DNA from: Dehalococcoidia bacterium
GTDB taxonomy: Bacteria; Chloroflexota; Dehalococcoidia; E44-bin15
NCBI GenBank assembly: GCA_035528575.1
Contig: DATKYK010000029.1
Location: 14,824 to 78,823, forward strand
Length of the DNA stretch: 64,000 nt
Reading direction: 5' to 3'
Shown: positions 8,184 through 18,951 of the stretch, piece by piece
Position numbering within the stretch: the first letter of the stretch is position 1
Layout: each line of letters starts with the position of its first letter
Program-made: the position numbers and the translations under genes
The notes under the pieces: generated by a model
What the model was told of the DNA's origin: nothing
What the model saw: the letters and a program-made list of their open reading frames with translations, nothing else
The model's database searches: none

Positions 8184-10529
8184 TTGATGGATAAGGAACG
8201 CAGGGTCGTCTGGTTTGAGGAAGTAGGAAAAGAGGACCTTCCCCAGGTCGGCGGGAAGGGGGCAAACCTGGGGGAGATGATCAGGGCCGGCATTCCCGTC
8301 CCCCCCGGCTTCATCGTTACCGCCCAAAGCTACTTTTACTTCCTCGAGAAATCAAGCCTCACCGATACAATTCGCAAGCTACTCTCCGATTTGGATCCCA
8401 ACGACAGTGAAAAACTACAAAAGACCGCCTCAAGAATTATGAGGTTTCTCAATGCGGCCGTCATGCCCAAAGAGGTCGCCCGGAAAATCGCCCAATCCTA
8501 CGGCAAGCTAGGTAGCGGCGCGGTTGCGGTGCGCTCCTCAGCCACCGCAGAGGACCTGCCAGAGGCATCCTTCGCCGGCCAGCAGCGCACCTTCCTAAAC
8601 GTAACAGGGGAAAGTGATGTAGTCACCGCAGTGCAGGGCTGCTGGGCATCCCTCTTCGAGCCGCGAGCCATCTTCTACCGGGCCAATCAGGGCTTCGATC
8701 ACTTCTCCGTCGGAATCGCGGTGCCGATACAACGGATGGTGCAGTCGGAGGCCTCGGGCGTTATGTTTACCATCGACCCAATCACCAACGATCGCAGCAA
8801 GATAGTCATTGAAGCGGTCTACGGTCTGGGGGAAGCTATCGTTTCCGGCGAGGTAACACCTGACCTATATGTGGTGGATAAAAAAGAGCTGGAGATAATC
8901 GATAAGAAAATCGCCCGGCAGGAATGGCAACTGGTGCGCAATGCTAAAGGAGGCAAAGACTTCGAGAATGCTAACATCAAAGTGGACATCCTCGAAGCGG
9001 AGCAAGCGAAGCAGAAATTTTCCGACGAGGATATCGTTGCCCTGGCGAAGATCGGCAAACGAATCGAAGACCACTACGACTTCCCCCAGGATATCGAATG
9101 GGCTAAAGAGGGGGAGGACTTGTTCATTGTTCAAACCCGCCCGGTGACCACCATAAGGGAGACCACTGAGCAAAAAGGGGAGACAGGAACAGTGGAGACG
9201 CTCTTGCTTTCCGGCTCACCAGCAAGCCCGGGTATGGCCTCCGGGCCAAGCCGGATAATCTACCGACCCTCTGAGATCGATAGGGTCTTGGAGGGCAATG
9301 TGCTGGTCGCCGAGATGACCACACCTGACTATGTGCCCGCAATGAAGCGGGCAGCGGCCATAGTAACCGATCGCGGTGGTAGAACCTGCCACGCCGCAAT
9401 CGTAAGCAGGGAGCTAGGCCTCCCCTGCGTGGTGGGAACGGAGAATGCTACCAAGGTACTAAAACAGGAGCAAATCATCACCGTCGATGGCTCCACAGGG
9501 AATGTCTTTGATGGCCGGCTGGTCACGGAGAAGACCACTACTCCCACTTTCGAACCCAGGATTCGCGTTAGGACGAACACAAAGGTTTACGTTAATCTCG
9601 CCGAGCCGGAACTGGCGGAAAAGGTTGCGAGTCGCCACGTCAATGGCGTGGGGCTGCTTCGCGCCGAGTTCATAATCGCCCAGATCGGAGAACACCCCCG
9701 CCATATGATCAGCCAAGGGCGGGGGGAGGAGTTCGTGGAGCGGCTCACGGAGGGCGTTACTACGTTCGCAAAGGCATTCAAGCCCCGACCGGTAGTCTAT
9801 CGAACTACCGACTTTAAGACCAATGAATATCGCAATCTCAAGGGCGGGGAGCAATACGAGGATATCGAAGAGAATCCCATGCTTGGCTACCGGGGGTGCT
9901 CCCGCTATGTGCAGGAAGCCGATCTCTTCAAGATGGAGATAGAGATGGTCAAGCGGGTGAGGGAAGATTATAAGAATCTATGGATAATGATCCCCTTTGT
10001 AAGAACAGTTAAAGAGATGGCTCATTTGATGAGCACATTGAAGGACGAGGGTCTTAGCTCCTCCAAGGACTTCAAGATTTGGATGATGGTTGAGGTGCCC
10101 TCCAATATCTTCCTTATCGACGAGTTCATCGATGTGGGCATCGATGGCATCTCCATCGGCTCAAACGACCTGACTCAGCTCATACTCGGGATAGATCGCG
10201 ACAGCCCAAAGCTAGCAGATATATTCGATGAGCGAAATGAGGCGGTAATGCTGGCACTGAAGAAGGCGATAAAAGCCGCAGCCAGAAGAGGGATTACCGT
10301 TTCCATCTGCGGGCAGGCGCCCTCGGTCTACCCGGAGCTTACCGAGAAGCTGGTAAAATGGGGGATTACCTCTATCTCGGTAAGCCCTGATGCCATCGAG
10401 AGTACCAGGGAGATAATCGCCAAGGCTGAGGGGAGAATGGTCAGCCCCTCCCTGTGGAGACGGAAGGCCCGCAACCCCCACAAGCTTTACCAGCCGGCAA
10501 ATACTAAAAGCGCCCCAAGAGAAAGGTAA
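8184..10529 (+). CDS. ppsA: Phosphoenolpyruvate synthase (pyruvate, water dikinase)
   Basis: The N-terminal ATP-grasp motif GGKGANLGEM, the phosphohistidine motif GGRTCHAAIVSRELG.PCVVG, and a C-terminal PEP-utilising TIM-barrel domain are present. The length is 781 aa. Confidence 0.9.
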   Translation: MMDKERRVVWFEEVGKEDLPQVGGKGANLGEMIRAGIPVPPGFIVTAQSYFYFLEKSSLTDTIRKLLSDLDPNDSEKLQKTASRIMRFLNAAVMPKEVARKIAQSYGKLGSGAVAVRSSATAEDLPEASFAGQQRTFLNVTGESDVVTAVQGCWASLFEPRAIFYRANQGFDHFSVGIAVPIQRMVQSEASGVMFTIDPITNDRSKIVIEAVYGLGEAIVSGEVTPDLYVVDKKELEIIDKKIARQEWQLVRNAKGGKDFENANIKVDILEAEQAKQKFSDEDIVALAKIGKRIEDHYDFPQDIEWAKEGEDLFIVQTRPVTTIRETTEQKGETGTVETLLLSGSPASPGMASGPSRIIYRPSEIDRVLEGNVLVAEMTTPDYVPAMKRAAAIVTDRGGRTCHAAIVSRELGLPCVVGTENATKVLKQEQIITVDGSTGNVFDGRLVTEKTTTPTFEPRIRVRTNTKVYVNLAEPELAEKVASRHVNGVGLLRAEFIIAQIGEHPRHMISQGRGEEFVERLTEGVTTFAKAFKPRPVVYRTTDFKTNEYRNLKGGEQYEDIEENPMLGYRGCSRYVQEADLFKMEIEMVKRVREDYKNLWIMIPFVRTVKEMAHLMSTLKDEGLSSSKDFKIWMMVEVPSNIFLIDEFIDVGIDGISIGSNDLTQLILGIDRDSPKLADIFDERNEAVMLALKKAIKAAARRGITVSICGQAPSVYPELTEKLVKWGITSISVSPDAIESTREIIAKAEGRMVSPSLWRRKARNPHKLYQPANTKSAPRER

Positions 10530-10542
10530 TACGGCTCATAAG

Positions 10543-10989
10543 TTGAGCAAGATCGACCGTATCATAGAGAAATACCGAGCGGATAAAAGCGCCTTGATCC
10601 AGATGCTTCTTGAGATCCAGCGGGAAAAACGCTGGCTTCCCCCCAAGGCTCTGGCGAGGGTGAGCCAGAGGTTAGGGATCCCCATTAACCAGATCTACCA
10701 CATAGCTACCTTTTATAAGGCCTTCAGCCTGATCCCCCAAGGTCGTCACTCCGTCTCAGTATGCCTGGGTACCGCCTGCCACGTGCGCGGCGCCCCTCGC
10801 CTTCTGGACAGGGTGACAGATACGCTACACATTGAGCCAGGGGAGACCAGCCCGGACATGAAATTTACCCTGAGCACGGTAAACTGCCTCGGCTGCTGTG
10901 CCCTGGGACCGGTGATGGTAGTTGACGGTGAATACCTCGGCAATCCCTCCGCGAAAGAAATTAAAAGGGTCATCGCTAGCTGCAACTAG
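10543..10989 (+). CDS. NuoE/HoxE/HydC-like thioredoxin-fold [2Fe-2S] subunit
   Basis: Cys ligands CLGTACHVRG ... VNCLGCCALGP. The gene starts 13 nt after the ppsA stop. Confidence 0.8.
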   Translation: MSKIDRIIEKYRADKSALIQMLLEIQREKRWLPPKALARVSQRLGIPINQIYHIATFYKAFSLIPQGRHSVSVCLGTACHVRGAPRLLDRVTDTLHIEPGETSPDMKFTLSTVNCLGCCALGPVMVVDGEYLGNPSAKEIKRVIASCN

Positions 10990-10997
10990 AAGGAACT

Positions 10998-12923
10998 ATG
11001 ATAAAACTGAAATCGGCTGCTGATCTAGCAGGCGTAAGGCAGCAGTTATTGTCCCAGAGAGACCCCAGCAAACCTTGTATTACTATTTGCTCAGGCACAG
11101 CTTGCCACGCCTATGCCAGCGAAAAGACCGCTACAGCATTTGTCAGTGAGATCGAAAGGAATGGCCTCAAAGGTAAGGTGGATATACGGCGCACCGGGTG
11201 CCACGGCTTTTGTGAGCGGGGGCCCATAGTCGTTATCTTCCCCGAGGAGATCTGCTATCTAGGAGTTAAGCCCGAAGATGTTCCTGAGATCGTCTCCACT
11301 ACCCTCATGGAAAACAGGCTGGTCAATCGATTGCTATACGATGATAGCAACGGTGGGAAAATAGTACGCGAGGGAGAGATTCCATTTTATAAGCATCAGA
11401 GCCGGATTGTCTTTGGCAACAATCGGCTCATCGACCCCAAGAGCATCGAGGACTACATTGCCATAGGCGGCTATTCTGCCCTGTCAAAGGCGCTCTTCAA
11501 GATGAGCCCTGATGAGGTAGTTGAAACGGTAAAGCGGGCCAACCTCAGGGGCCGAGGCGGCGGCGGTTTCCCCGCCGGACTAAAGTGGGAGACTACCCGC
11601 AACGGCCCAGGGAAAGTAAAGTACGTAATCGTAAACGCCGATGAAGGTGACCCCGGCGCCTACATGGACCGCAGCCTGCTTGAGGGCAACCCCCACAGCG
11701 TGCTGGAGGGCCTGATCATCGGTGCCTATGCTATTGGCTCCCATGAGGGTTATATCTATGTGCGCCAGGAGTACCCGCTCGCCGTAGAGAATCTTTCCAT
11801 TGCCCTCAGTCAGGCACGGGACTACGGTCTTCTGGGGAAAAACATCCTCGGCTCCGGCTTCAATTTTGATGTTACCATCCACCGCGGTGCCGGGGCCTTC
11901 GTTTCAGGTGAATCGAGTGCCTTGATGACCGCCATCGAGGGAAAAGTAGGGGAGCCGCGGCCAAAGTATGTTCGCACCGCGGTGAGCGGGATCAGGGAAA
12001 AACCGAGCAACCTGAACAACGTGGAGACCTGGGCTAATATACCTCTTATAATCAGCAGGGGTGCTGATTGGTTTGCCAGCATTGGCACCGCGGGTAGCAA
12101 GGGGACCAAGATTTTCTCCCTGGTGGGCAAGGTGAACAATACCGGACTGGTGGAAGTGCCCATGGGGATGACGCTCCGCGAGATCATATACGACATCGGG
12201 GGCGGCATTCGCTATGGAAAGAAATTCAAGGCAGTCCAGACCGGGGGACCCTCAGGGGGGTGCCTTCCCCAAAGCCTCCTTGATATACCGGTGGACTTCG
12301 ATGAGCTTACCCGGGTAGGTTCGATGATGGGCTCCGGCGGCATGATTGTAATGGATGAGGATGATTGTATGGTGGATGTGGCCAGGTATTTCCTGAACTT
12401 CCTCGCCGAGGAGTCGTGTGGAAAGTGCATCCCCTGCCGTGAGGGGATAAGGCAAATGCTCAATATACTGAACAGGATTTGTGACGGAGAGGGCCGGATA
12501 GGGGATATCGAGCTTCTGGAGGAGCTATCCGAGGTGGTCCGGGATGCCTCCCTCTGCGCCCTGGGGCAAACCGCTCCCAACCCGGTGCTCAGCACCATCA
12601 GATACTTTAAGGATGAGTATGAAGCTCATATCAAGGAGAGGCGTTGCCCTGCCCGGGCATGTAAAGCGCTTATATCCTACTATGTCCAGCCGGAAAAATG
12701 CCAGGCCTGCCAGATCTGCCTCAGAGAATGCCCGGTGGGGGCGATAACCGGGGGCAAGAACCTGGTGCATGTTATCGACCAGGACAAGTGCACCAAATGC
12801 GGGACCTGCCTCGAGGTCTGCCCACCACGCTTCGGCGCCGTGGTGAAACTCTCCGGCGAGCCGGTTCCGGAAGCACCTCCCCAGGGGACCAAGGTGGAGC
12901 GCACCAAAGGGGCACGTAAATGA
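10998..12923 (+). CDS. NuoF/HoxF/HydB-like NAD(H)-binding FMN flavoprotein with N-terminal 2Fe-2S and C-terminal 2x[4Fe-4S] domains
   Basis: The glycine-rich motif GRGGGGFPAGLKWE, the motif ESCGKCIPCREG, and the C-terminal CQACQICLRECP / CTKCGTCLEVCP motifs are present. Confidence 0.85.
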   Translation: MIKLKSAADLAGVRQQLLSQRDPSKPCITICSGTACHAYASEKTATAFVSEIERNGLKGKVDIRRTGCHGFCERGPIVVIFPEEICYLGVKPEDVPEIVSTTLMENRLVNRLLYDDSNGGKIVREGEIPFYKHQSRIVFGNNRLIDPKSIEDYIAIGGYSALSKALFKMSPDEVVETVKRANLRGRGGGGFPAGLKWETTRNGPGKVKYVIVNADEGDPGAYMDRSLLEGNPHSVLEGLIIGAYAIGSHEGYIYVRQEYPLAVENLSIALSQARDYGLLGKNILGSGFNFDVTIHRGAGAFVSGESSALMTAIEGKVGEPRPKYVRTAVSGIREKPSNLNNVETWANIPLIISRGADWFASIGTAGSKGTKIFSLVGKVNNTGLVEVPMGMTLREIIYDIGGGIRYGKKFKAVQTGGPSGGCLPQSLLDIPVDFDELTRVGSMMGSGGMIVMDEDDCMVDVARYFLNFLAEESCGKCIPCREGIRQMLNILNRICDGEGRIGDIELLEELSEVVRDASLCALGQTAPNPVLSTIRYFKDEYEAHIKERRCPARACKALISYYVQPEKCQACQICLRECPVGAITGGKNLVHVIDQDKCTKCGTCLEVCPPRFGAVVKLSGEPVPEAPPQGTKVERTKGARK

Positions 12924-13546
12924 AAAAGGTCCTAAAAGTCAGTTTAACCATCAACGATAGAGAGATCAAGGCAAAAGAGGGAATGACCATCCTCGACGCA
13001 GCCCGCGATGCCGGGATCTATATCCCTACTCTTTGCTACCATGAGAAGCTGGCTCCTTACGGCGCCTGCCGCATTTGTACCGTTGAGGTATCCAAGGGCA
13101 AAAAAAACAGGCTGGTGACCTCCTGTGTCTATCCGGTGGAAGAGGGACTGGTGGTAAACACAGATTCACCCAGGGTTATCAAGCTGCGTAAAATGCTCCT
13201 GGAGCTGATGCTAGCCTCCTCTGCGGCGAAGACCATACAGGATTTGGCCCGCCAGTATGCTGTTACCCAGCCACGCTTCGAGGCAGAAAAGACCAACTGC
13301 ATCCTCTGCGGTCTTTGTGTACGTTACTGCAACGAGATCAAGAGAGCTAACGCTATTGGATTTGTGGGGAGAGGCACCGAGCGCCGGGTGGTGTTCTACC
13401 CACAGATCGCTTCTACAGTATGTGCGAGTTGTCGAGAGTGCTTTAGCCTCTGTCCCACAGGTAAACTCCCCTCGGAAACCGACGGTGTCTGCTTCGATGA
13501 CCTTACGCTCGAGGACTTCCTCAGCGCAAGACAAGCCACCGTTTAG
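12920..13546 (+). CDS. NuoG/HydA N-terminal-like ferredoxin subunit (2Fe-2S plus 4Fe-4S domains only, no catalytic domain)
   Basis: LCYHEKLAPYGACRICTVEV is the 2Fe-2S motif. CILCGLCVRYC is a 4Fe-4S motif. The protein is only 208 aa and overlaps the nuoF-like stop by 4 nt. Confidence 0.7.
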   Translation: MKKVLKVSLTINDREIKAKEGMTILDAARDAGIYIPTLCYHEKLAPYGACRICTVEVSKGKKNRLVTSCVYPVEEGLVVNTDSPRVIKLRKMLLELMLASSAAKTIQDLARQYAVTQPRFEAEKTNCILCGLCVRYCNEIKRANAIGFVGRGTERRVVFYPQIASTVCASCRECFSLCPTGKLPSETDGVCFDDLTLEDFLSARQATV

Positions 13547-13853
13547 AGAAGCGGAAAGGCAACGGTGAATCGCCCCTCAGCAAGCTGAGGAGAATCTGAA
13601 AGTTCCTCGAATATACGCAGTTAGAAGGAGTACTCCCCGTGGTTTTAATGTTCAATATATTTCCGCCAGTACTTGGGTACCCAGACCACTTGGCACTTAA
13701 TGTCAGAAACGGCATGCTTTGTCCTTCCAATCCCAATGCCAATGTTATACACGAAAAGGCTTTAATTAGGAAAGCGCCACAAAGCCGCCCTGCGGCGAGC
13801 CGCTTTCCTCCCTCGAGCTTGCTTGCGAGTATCCATCCGGAGGTTCTATAAAA

Positions 13854-14894
13854 GTGTCGCCCCCTATTGATATTCGCCATTGGCTCGAGGAAAGGGAAGA
13901 AGGCCTTTCTCCTTACGCCGCAAAGAGCAGGTTGTCTCGAGGCAGGAAGCTTGATGAAGAGCCCTGTCCCATGCGTACCGCATTTCAGCGCGATCGCGAC
14001 CGGATCATACACTGCAAGGCATTCCGCCGCCTGAAGCATAAAACGCAGGTATTCATCGCACCACTGGGCGATCACTACGTAACCAGGCTCACCCATACCC
14101 TTGAGGTATCCCAGATCGGCCGTTCCATCTCTCGTGCCCTGAACCTGAACGAGGATCTCACCGAGGCCATCGCCCTTGGTCACGACCTGGGCCATACCCC
14201 CTTCGGACATGAGGGCGAAGAGGTGCTCAATAATCTCTACCCCGGGGGATTCAGGCATAACGAGCAAAGCCTCAGGGTAGTGGACATACTGGAAAAGGAT
14301 GGTCGAGGGCTCAACCTGACATGGGAAGTAAGGGAAGGAATCCTTAAACACGCCAAGACCGGGGCAGATATTCTGGGCGAAGAATGGGGATCAGTAGATA
14401 CGCTTGAGGGTCAGGTATGTAAGATTGCGGACATCATCGCCTACATCAATCATGACATCGGCGATGCGGTGCGGGCAGGCATTCTCAGCGAGGATGACCT
14501 TCCTCATCAGGCTGTAGCCATTCTGGGGCACTCCCATTCCGAGAGGATCAATACCCTAGTCTCAGATGTTGTCAATTTCTCCTGGGCTGCAACGGGTGCC
14601 GATGGTGGAACGCCCTCAATCGGCATGGGCCAGGTGACTCAGGAAGCGGCAAATACCCTGCGCCAGTTTTTGTTTAAAAAGGTGTATAATATAGCTAGGG
14701 AGGAGGCTGAGCGGGCCAGGGAGGTGGTTCGTCTTTTATACCAGTATTTCACCGCTCACGATGAAGCCCTGCCTCAGGAATACAAGCTCGGCGACGATAG
14801 CGTGGAACGGAGGGTGGTAGACTATATCTCGGGGATGACCGATAATTACGCCCTGAGTATAGCGGAGCAGATTATTCATCCGCAGCATGAATAA
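13854..14894 (+). CDS. dGTPase-like dNTP triphosphohydrolase (HD domain)
   Basis: Motifs RTAFQRDRDRIIH, HSLEVSQIG and HDLGHTPFGH are present. It uses a GTG start. Confidence 0.8.
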   Translation: MSPPIDIRHWLEEREEGLSPYAAKSRLSRGRKLDEEPCPMRTAFQRDRDRIIHCKAFRRLKHKTQVFIAPLGDHYVTRLTHTLEVSQIGRSISRALNLNEDLTEAIALGHDLGHTPFGHEGEEVLNNLYPGGFRHNEQSLRVVDILEKDGRGLNLTWEVREGILKHAKTGADILGEEWGSVDTLEGQVCKIADIIAYINHDIGDAVRAGILSEDDLPHQAVAILGHSHSERINTLVSDVVNFSWAATGADGGTPSIGMGQVTQEAANTLRQFLFKKVYNIAREEAERAREVVRLLYQYFTAHDEALPQEYKLGDDSVERRVVDYISGMTDNYALSIAEQIIHPQHE

Positions 14895-14952
14895 AAAGCC
14901 GTATTTAACCAAACAGTGTTGAATGGTTTAAATAACAGAGCCGGACGAAATA

Positions 14953-16794
14953 ATGGGCGTTATCGATGAGATAAAAGGCAGACTCGACATCGTGGATATA
15001 GTCTCGGATTATGCTACCCTGCAGAAGTCGGGGCGCAATTTTAAGGCGATATGCCCCTTTCACACCGAGAAAACCCCCTCTTTCTTTGTCTTCCCGGAGC
15101 GGGGGACCTGGCACTGCTTCGGCAGTTGCGGCACAGGCGGCGATATATTTTCCTTTATTATGAAACAGGAAGGCATCGACTTCGGCGCAGCGCTTCGAAT
15201 CCTTGCTGAGCGGGCCGGGGTAACCCTGGTCTCAAAGCAAAAAGAGAGGGACGTGGACAAGGAGACGGAAAGGCTATACCTGATAAACGCGGCTGCAGCA
15301 CAGTACTTTCATCATCTGCTGCTCAATGCCAAAGCCGCTGAGACAGCTCGACGCCATCTAAGCGAGCGAGGTATCTCCAAAGAGATTATCGATATCTTCG
15401 AGCTCGGCTTCAGCCCTAATAGCTGGGATGCACTATACCAGCACCTCAAGAGCAGAGGCTATGAGAGCGATACGATGGTGAGCGCAGGTTTGTCTATCGC
15501 CAAGGAGGGAGGGGGATTCCGCGACCTGTTTCGAAATCGCCTGATGATTCCCATCAGAAATGAGGATGGGAAGGTAGTTGGTTTTGGTGCCCGCGCCCTC
15601 GATAACACTACCCCTAAATATCTTAACTCCCCCCAGACAGCCATCTTCAACAAGAGCAGCCTCCTTTACGGGATCGACCGCGCCAAGGAAGCGATCAGGG
15701 AGCAGGGCCTGGCCATCATCGTGGAAGGATACATGGATGTGCTCACCGCCCATCAGCATAGCATAGCCAACGTGGTAGCCCCCATGGGCACCTCCCTTAC
15801 CCATAAGCAGTTGGAGATAATCAAACGGTTGACCAGAAACCTCGCCCTGGCTCTCGATGCCGATGCTGCCGGCGAGCAGGCCACGCTCCGCGGGCTGGAG
15901 GTGGCAAGGCAAGCGTTCAGCGAGCGGGTCGACCGCAGAGAGAAGAGATGGCTGGAGGGAGACTCCAAGATGGAGGGGAAGGTGAAAGTCATCTTCATGC
16001 CACAGGGAAAGGACCCCGACGAGGTGATTCGGGAAAGCACGGAGGAGTGGCAGAGGATGGTCAGCGAGGCCTCGACGGTGATGGACTACTTTTTCAACGC
16101 AGTTATCTCCAAACTGGATATGAGCAGCGCGAGCGGAAAACTGGAAGCTAAGAACCAGCTCCTTCTCTTTATCTTGGAAACCGCAGATGAAGCTGAGAAG
16201 GATATCTATTTGAAAAGGCTCAGTGAACTGACGGGTATAGACGAAAAGACCCTCGTCGGCGAGGCAGCCCGGCTCAAACCCACCAAGCGAGAGAGAGCCA
16301 AAGCAGCGGTACCGCTTCCCTCCACCCAGGCCCCCAGCCACCCGCTGGATGAATACTGCCTCGCTCTCCTTTTGCAGCATCCGGGGCTGCGAGATCAGGG
16401 TATTGCGATCCCCCCACACTATTTCGAAGGAACGGAAAATCGCGAGCTCTTCCTCGCCTGGCTGAATAACACAGATGCGGAGAATATCCGCCATAGCCTC
16501 GATGTTAGCCTCCATAAGCATCTCGACACATTGATGGCCAGGGCGCTGCCCCCAGCAAGCGAGCGGGAGATGAAGACTGCCCTAGCCGACTGTACCCGCC
16601 GCCTGGGGGAGCAACAACTGAGGAGGCTCAAGGTACTGGAGGAGATGCTCCTTTCAGAGGCGGAGTCAGAGGGGGATAAGAATGTGATAAAAGAGCATGT
16701 GGAAACTCTACTGCAAAAGGCTCTAGAGCCAACGACCCAGTTAAAGGGCCTGTTTGAAAAAGCTAGGAGAGAACGAAAAGGGGTGCGGCAATGA
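14953..16794 (+). CDS. dnaG: DNA primase
   Basis: A CHC2 zinc finger ([11 protein letters not shown]...HCFGCG) and a TOPRIM motif (IVEGYMDV). It lies directly upstream of rpoD, the conserved macromolecular-synthesis operon arrangement. Confidence 0.9.
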   Translation: MGVIDEIKGRLDIVDIVSDYATLQKSGRNFKAICPFHTEKTPSFFVFPERGTWHCFGSCGTGGDIFSFIMKQEGIDFGAALRILAERAGVTLVSKQKERDVDKETERLYLINAAAAQYFHHLLLNAKAAETARRHLSERGISKEIIDIFELGFSPNSWDALYQHLKSRGYESDTMVSAGLSIAKEGGGFRDLFRNRLMIPIRNEDGKVVGFGARALDNTTPKYLNSPQTAIFNKSSLLYGIDRAKEAIREQGLAIIVEGYMDVLTAHQHSIANVVAPMGTSLTHKQLEIIKRLTRNLALALDADAAGEQATLRGLEVARQAFSERVDRREKRWLEGDSKMEGKVKVIFMPQGKDPDEVIRESTEEWQRMVSEASTVMDYFFNAVISKLDMSSASGKLEAKNQLLLFILETADEAEKDIYLKRLSELTGIDEKTLVGEAARLKPTKRERAKAAVPLPSTQAPSHPLDEYCLALLLQHPGLRDQGIAIPPHYFEGTENRELFLAWLNNTDAENIRHSLDVSLHKHLDTLMARALPPASEREMKTALADCTRRLGEQQLRRLKVLEEMLLSEAESEGDKNVIKEHVETLLQKALEPTTQLKGLFEKARRERKGVRQ

Positions 16795-18353
16795 CCTTGG
16801 GAAATCACGAAGAGCTGGATAACCTGTTTAAACGGAAGCGGGACACCGAGCCTTCCGAGGGAGTCTCCAACCTGTCTGCAGAGCACGCCCTGGAGTCACT
16901 GGCAGATCTCTACGCCGCTTTCTCGGGCAGCTCTATATTGAGCAAGGAGGCGAAACCCCACGCCGCCTGGTCAGAGCAAGAGGTCGCCGAACCGGCGGTG
17001 GAGGAGGATGAACCAGGGCATGAGACCGAACCTGAGGCGCCGCTGCAAGAGAACGTGCTGGAATTTGAAGAGCAGGATGTCATGGATGACCCGGTACGAA
17101 TGTATCTCCGTGAGATTGGCAACGTAGCCCTCCTGAATGCTAACGAAGAGAAGGTCTTGGCAAGCAAGATGGAGCAGGATAGACATATCAAAAATATCAA
17201 GAATGATTGGCTCGCCAGAAATGGCACCACTCCCTCAGCAACCGACGTCATGCTCACCATACTGGAGCAGCTATGCCAGTCAGCAACGCTCATCGATTCC
17301 GTGGAGAAAGAGCTTGACCTGACTCCCGCCGCCAGTCTGGCAGAGAGGATCTCAGACCCAAGGTTTCGTGCTGCCGTTGACAATGCAATTGACCCACAAT
17401 TAATCGGCACAATCGCAGATAGAGTGAATGAAGAGCGAGCCACTATAGGGCGGGATATTATAGAGCTGTCGATAAATAGCAAACTCCTCCCGCCGGGTAT
17501 ATTGGAGGCTATAGAGGGCAAAACCGCCGCCGAGGTAAGCGCCAGCTTATCTGAGCCTGATTTCATTATGCAACTACAGTTCAAAGAAAAAGAGTTCGCA
17601 GCACACCTGAAGATGATCGCCCATGAAGCGGCCAGGGCGTCAAGTCACCTTACCGAGGCTAACCTTCGCCTCGTGGTCAGTGTGGCTAAAAAGTACATTG
17701 GTAGGGGGATGTCGCTCCTCGACCTGACTCAGGAGGGCAATATTGGGCTGATCAGGGCAGTAGAGAAGTTCGATTACCGAAAGGGCTACAAGTTCAGCAC
17801 ATACGCTACCTGGTGGATCAGGCAGGCGATTACCAGGTCCATTGCAGACCAAGCGCGCACCATCCGCATTCCCGTACATATGGTGGAGACCATTAATAAG
17901 CTGCTGCGAATTAGCCGCCGGCTGGTTCAGGAGCATGGACGAGAGCCCACCAGTGATGAGATCGGTAAGGGTATGGAGGTCACCCCGGAGAAGGTGAGGG
18001 AAATTATCAAGGTGTCCCAGGAGCCAGTATCCCTAGAGACCCCTATTGGTGAGGAGGAGAATAGCCACCTAGGCGATTTCATCGAGGATAGCAGCGCCCT
18101 ACCACCCCCGGATGCGGCCTCACACCAGCTCCTTAAGGAGCAGATCGACGATGTGCTCTTTACTCTCAATGACCGGGAGCGCCGGGTGCTGCAACTGAGA
18201 TTCGGGCTCGAGGATGGGCGGAGCCGCACCCTGGAGGAGGTGGGTCGCGAATTTGGGGTCACCAGAGAGCGCATTCGTCAGATAGAGGCCAAGGCACTGA
18301 GAAAGCTGCGTCACCCGAGCCGCTCCAAGAAGCTCAAGGATTACCTGGAATAA
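16791..18353 (+). CDS. rpoD: RNA polymerase sigma factor RpoD (sigma-70)
   Basis: Region 1.2 [11 protein letters not shown], region 2 [15 protein letters not shown], and a region 4 HTH. It overlaps the dnaG stop by 4 nt. Confidence 0.9.
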   Translation: MTLGNHEELDNLFKRKRDTEPSEGVSNLSAEHALESLADLYAAFSGSSILSKEAKPHAAWSEQEVAEPAVEEDEPGHETEPEAPLQENVLEFEEQDVMDDPVRMYLREIGNVALLNANEEKVLASKMEQDRHIKNIKNDWLARNGTTPSATDVMLTILEQLCQSATLIDSVEKELDLTPAASLAERISDPRFRAAVDNAIDPQLIGTIADRVNEERATIGRDIIELSINSKLLPPGILEAIEGKTAAEVSASLSEPDFIMQLQFKEKEFAAHLKMIAHEAARASSHLTEANLRLVVSVAKKYIGRGMSLLDLTQEGNIGLIRAVEKFDYRKGYKFSTYATWWIRQAITRSIADQARTIRIPVHMVETINKLLRISRRLVQEHGREPTSDEIGKGMEVTPEKVREIIKVSQEPVSLETPIGEEENSHLGDFIEDSSALPPPDAASHQLLKEQIDDVLFTLNDRERRVLQLRFGLEDGRSRTLEEVGREFGVTRERIRQIEAKALRKLRHPSRSKKLKDYLE

Positions 18354-18354
18354 A

Positions 18355-18948
18355 TTGAATAGAAATATCATAAGAACCTTATTCCTAACCTTGGGCGCTA
18401 TCTCCTCCCTACTACTACTTATTGCCGGCATAGGGGGCTATTTTATCACCGGTCAGGCACCCATAGATAATTGGGGGAAATGGGTGAAGCCGACCGATGA
18501 AGCGGTCAGTAGGCTGGATGAGGAGATCGAAGCATTCGAGGATGAGATGGATGAAGCAGTTGTGGGAGAATATATCGCACTGGAGCTAACCGAGGAGGAG
18601 GCCACCTCCAAACTGGACCAGCTCGCCAGGGCTGGAAATCTTTCCATAGATATAGAATATCCCCAGATCTACTTCAGGGATGGGATGGTGCGGGCTTTTG
18701 CCATAGTTGAAATGGGTATCGATGTGCAAGTAGCTATTCAGGCTAACATAGGGGTTAATGGTGAGATGCCTGACATAACGATTGAGAGCCTCAACCTGGG
18801 TAGAATTCCGATCCCCAAGGCACTCATCAACAGTATGATGACTGCCATAGAGCGAGCATTGGAGGAACGGTGGGAGGATCTTCACTTGCTGCTACAGGAG
18901 GTCACTATCGAGCAAGGCGAGATAATGATCGTGCTGGCAAAAAATTAG
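18355..18948 (+). CDS. Hypothetical membrane-anchored protein (single N-terminal TM) immediately after rpoD
   Basis: A hydrophobic N-terminus followed by an acidic soluble domain. There is a 1-nt gap after rpoD. Confidence 0.5.
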   Translation: MNRNIIRTLFLTLGAISSLLLLIAGIGGYFITGQAPIDNWGKWVKPTDEAVSRLDEEIEAFEDEMDEAVVGEYIALELTEEEATSKLDQLARAGNLSIDIEYPQIYFRDGMVRAFAIVEMGIDVQVAIQANIGVNGEMPDITIESLNLGRIPIPKALINSMMTAIERALEERWEDLHLLLQEVTIEQGEIMIVLAKN

Positions 18949-18951
18949 CCT

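Noticed and set aside
8819-9854. Multiple 60-130-aa minus-strand ORFs
   Set aside because: All are antisense within ppsA, and none has an RBS or motifs.
13521-14351. 276-aa ORF on the minus strand
   Set aside because: It lies entirely antisense to the well-supported dGTPase gene and downstream region. The sequence is not protein-like, with no motifs and odd composition. It is a spurious GC-rich antisense frame.
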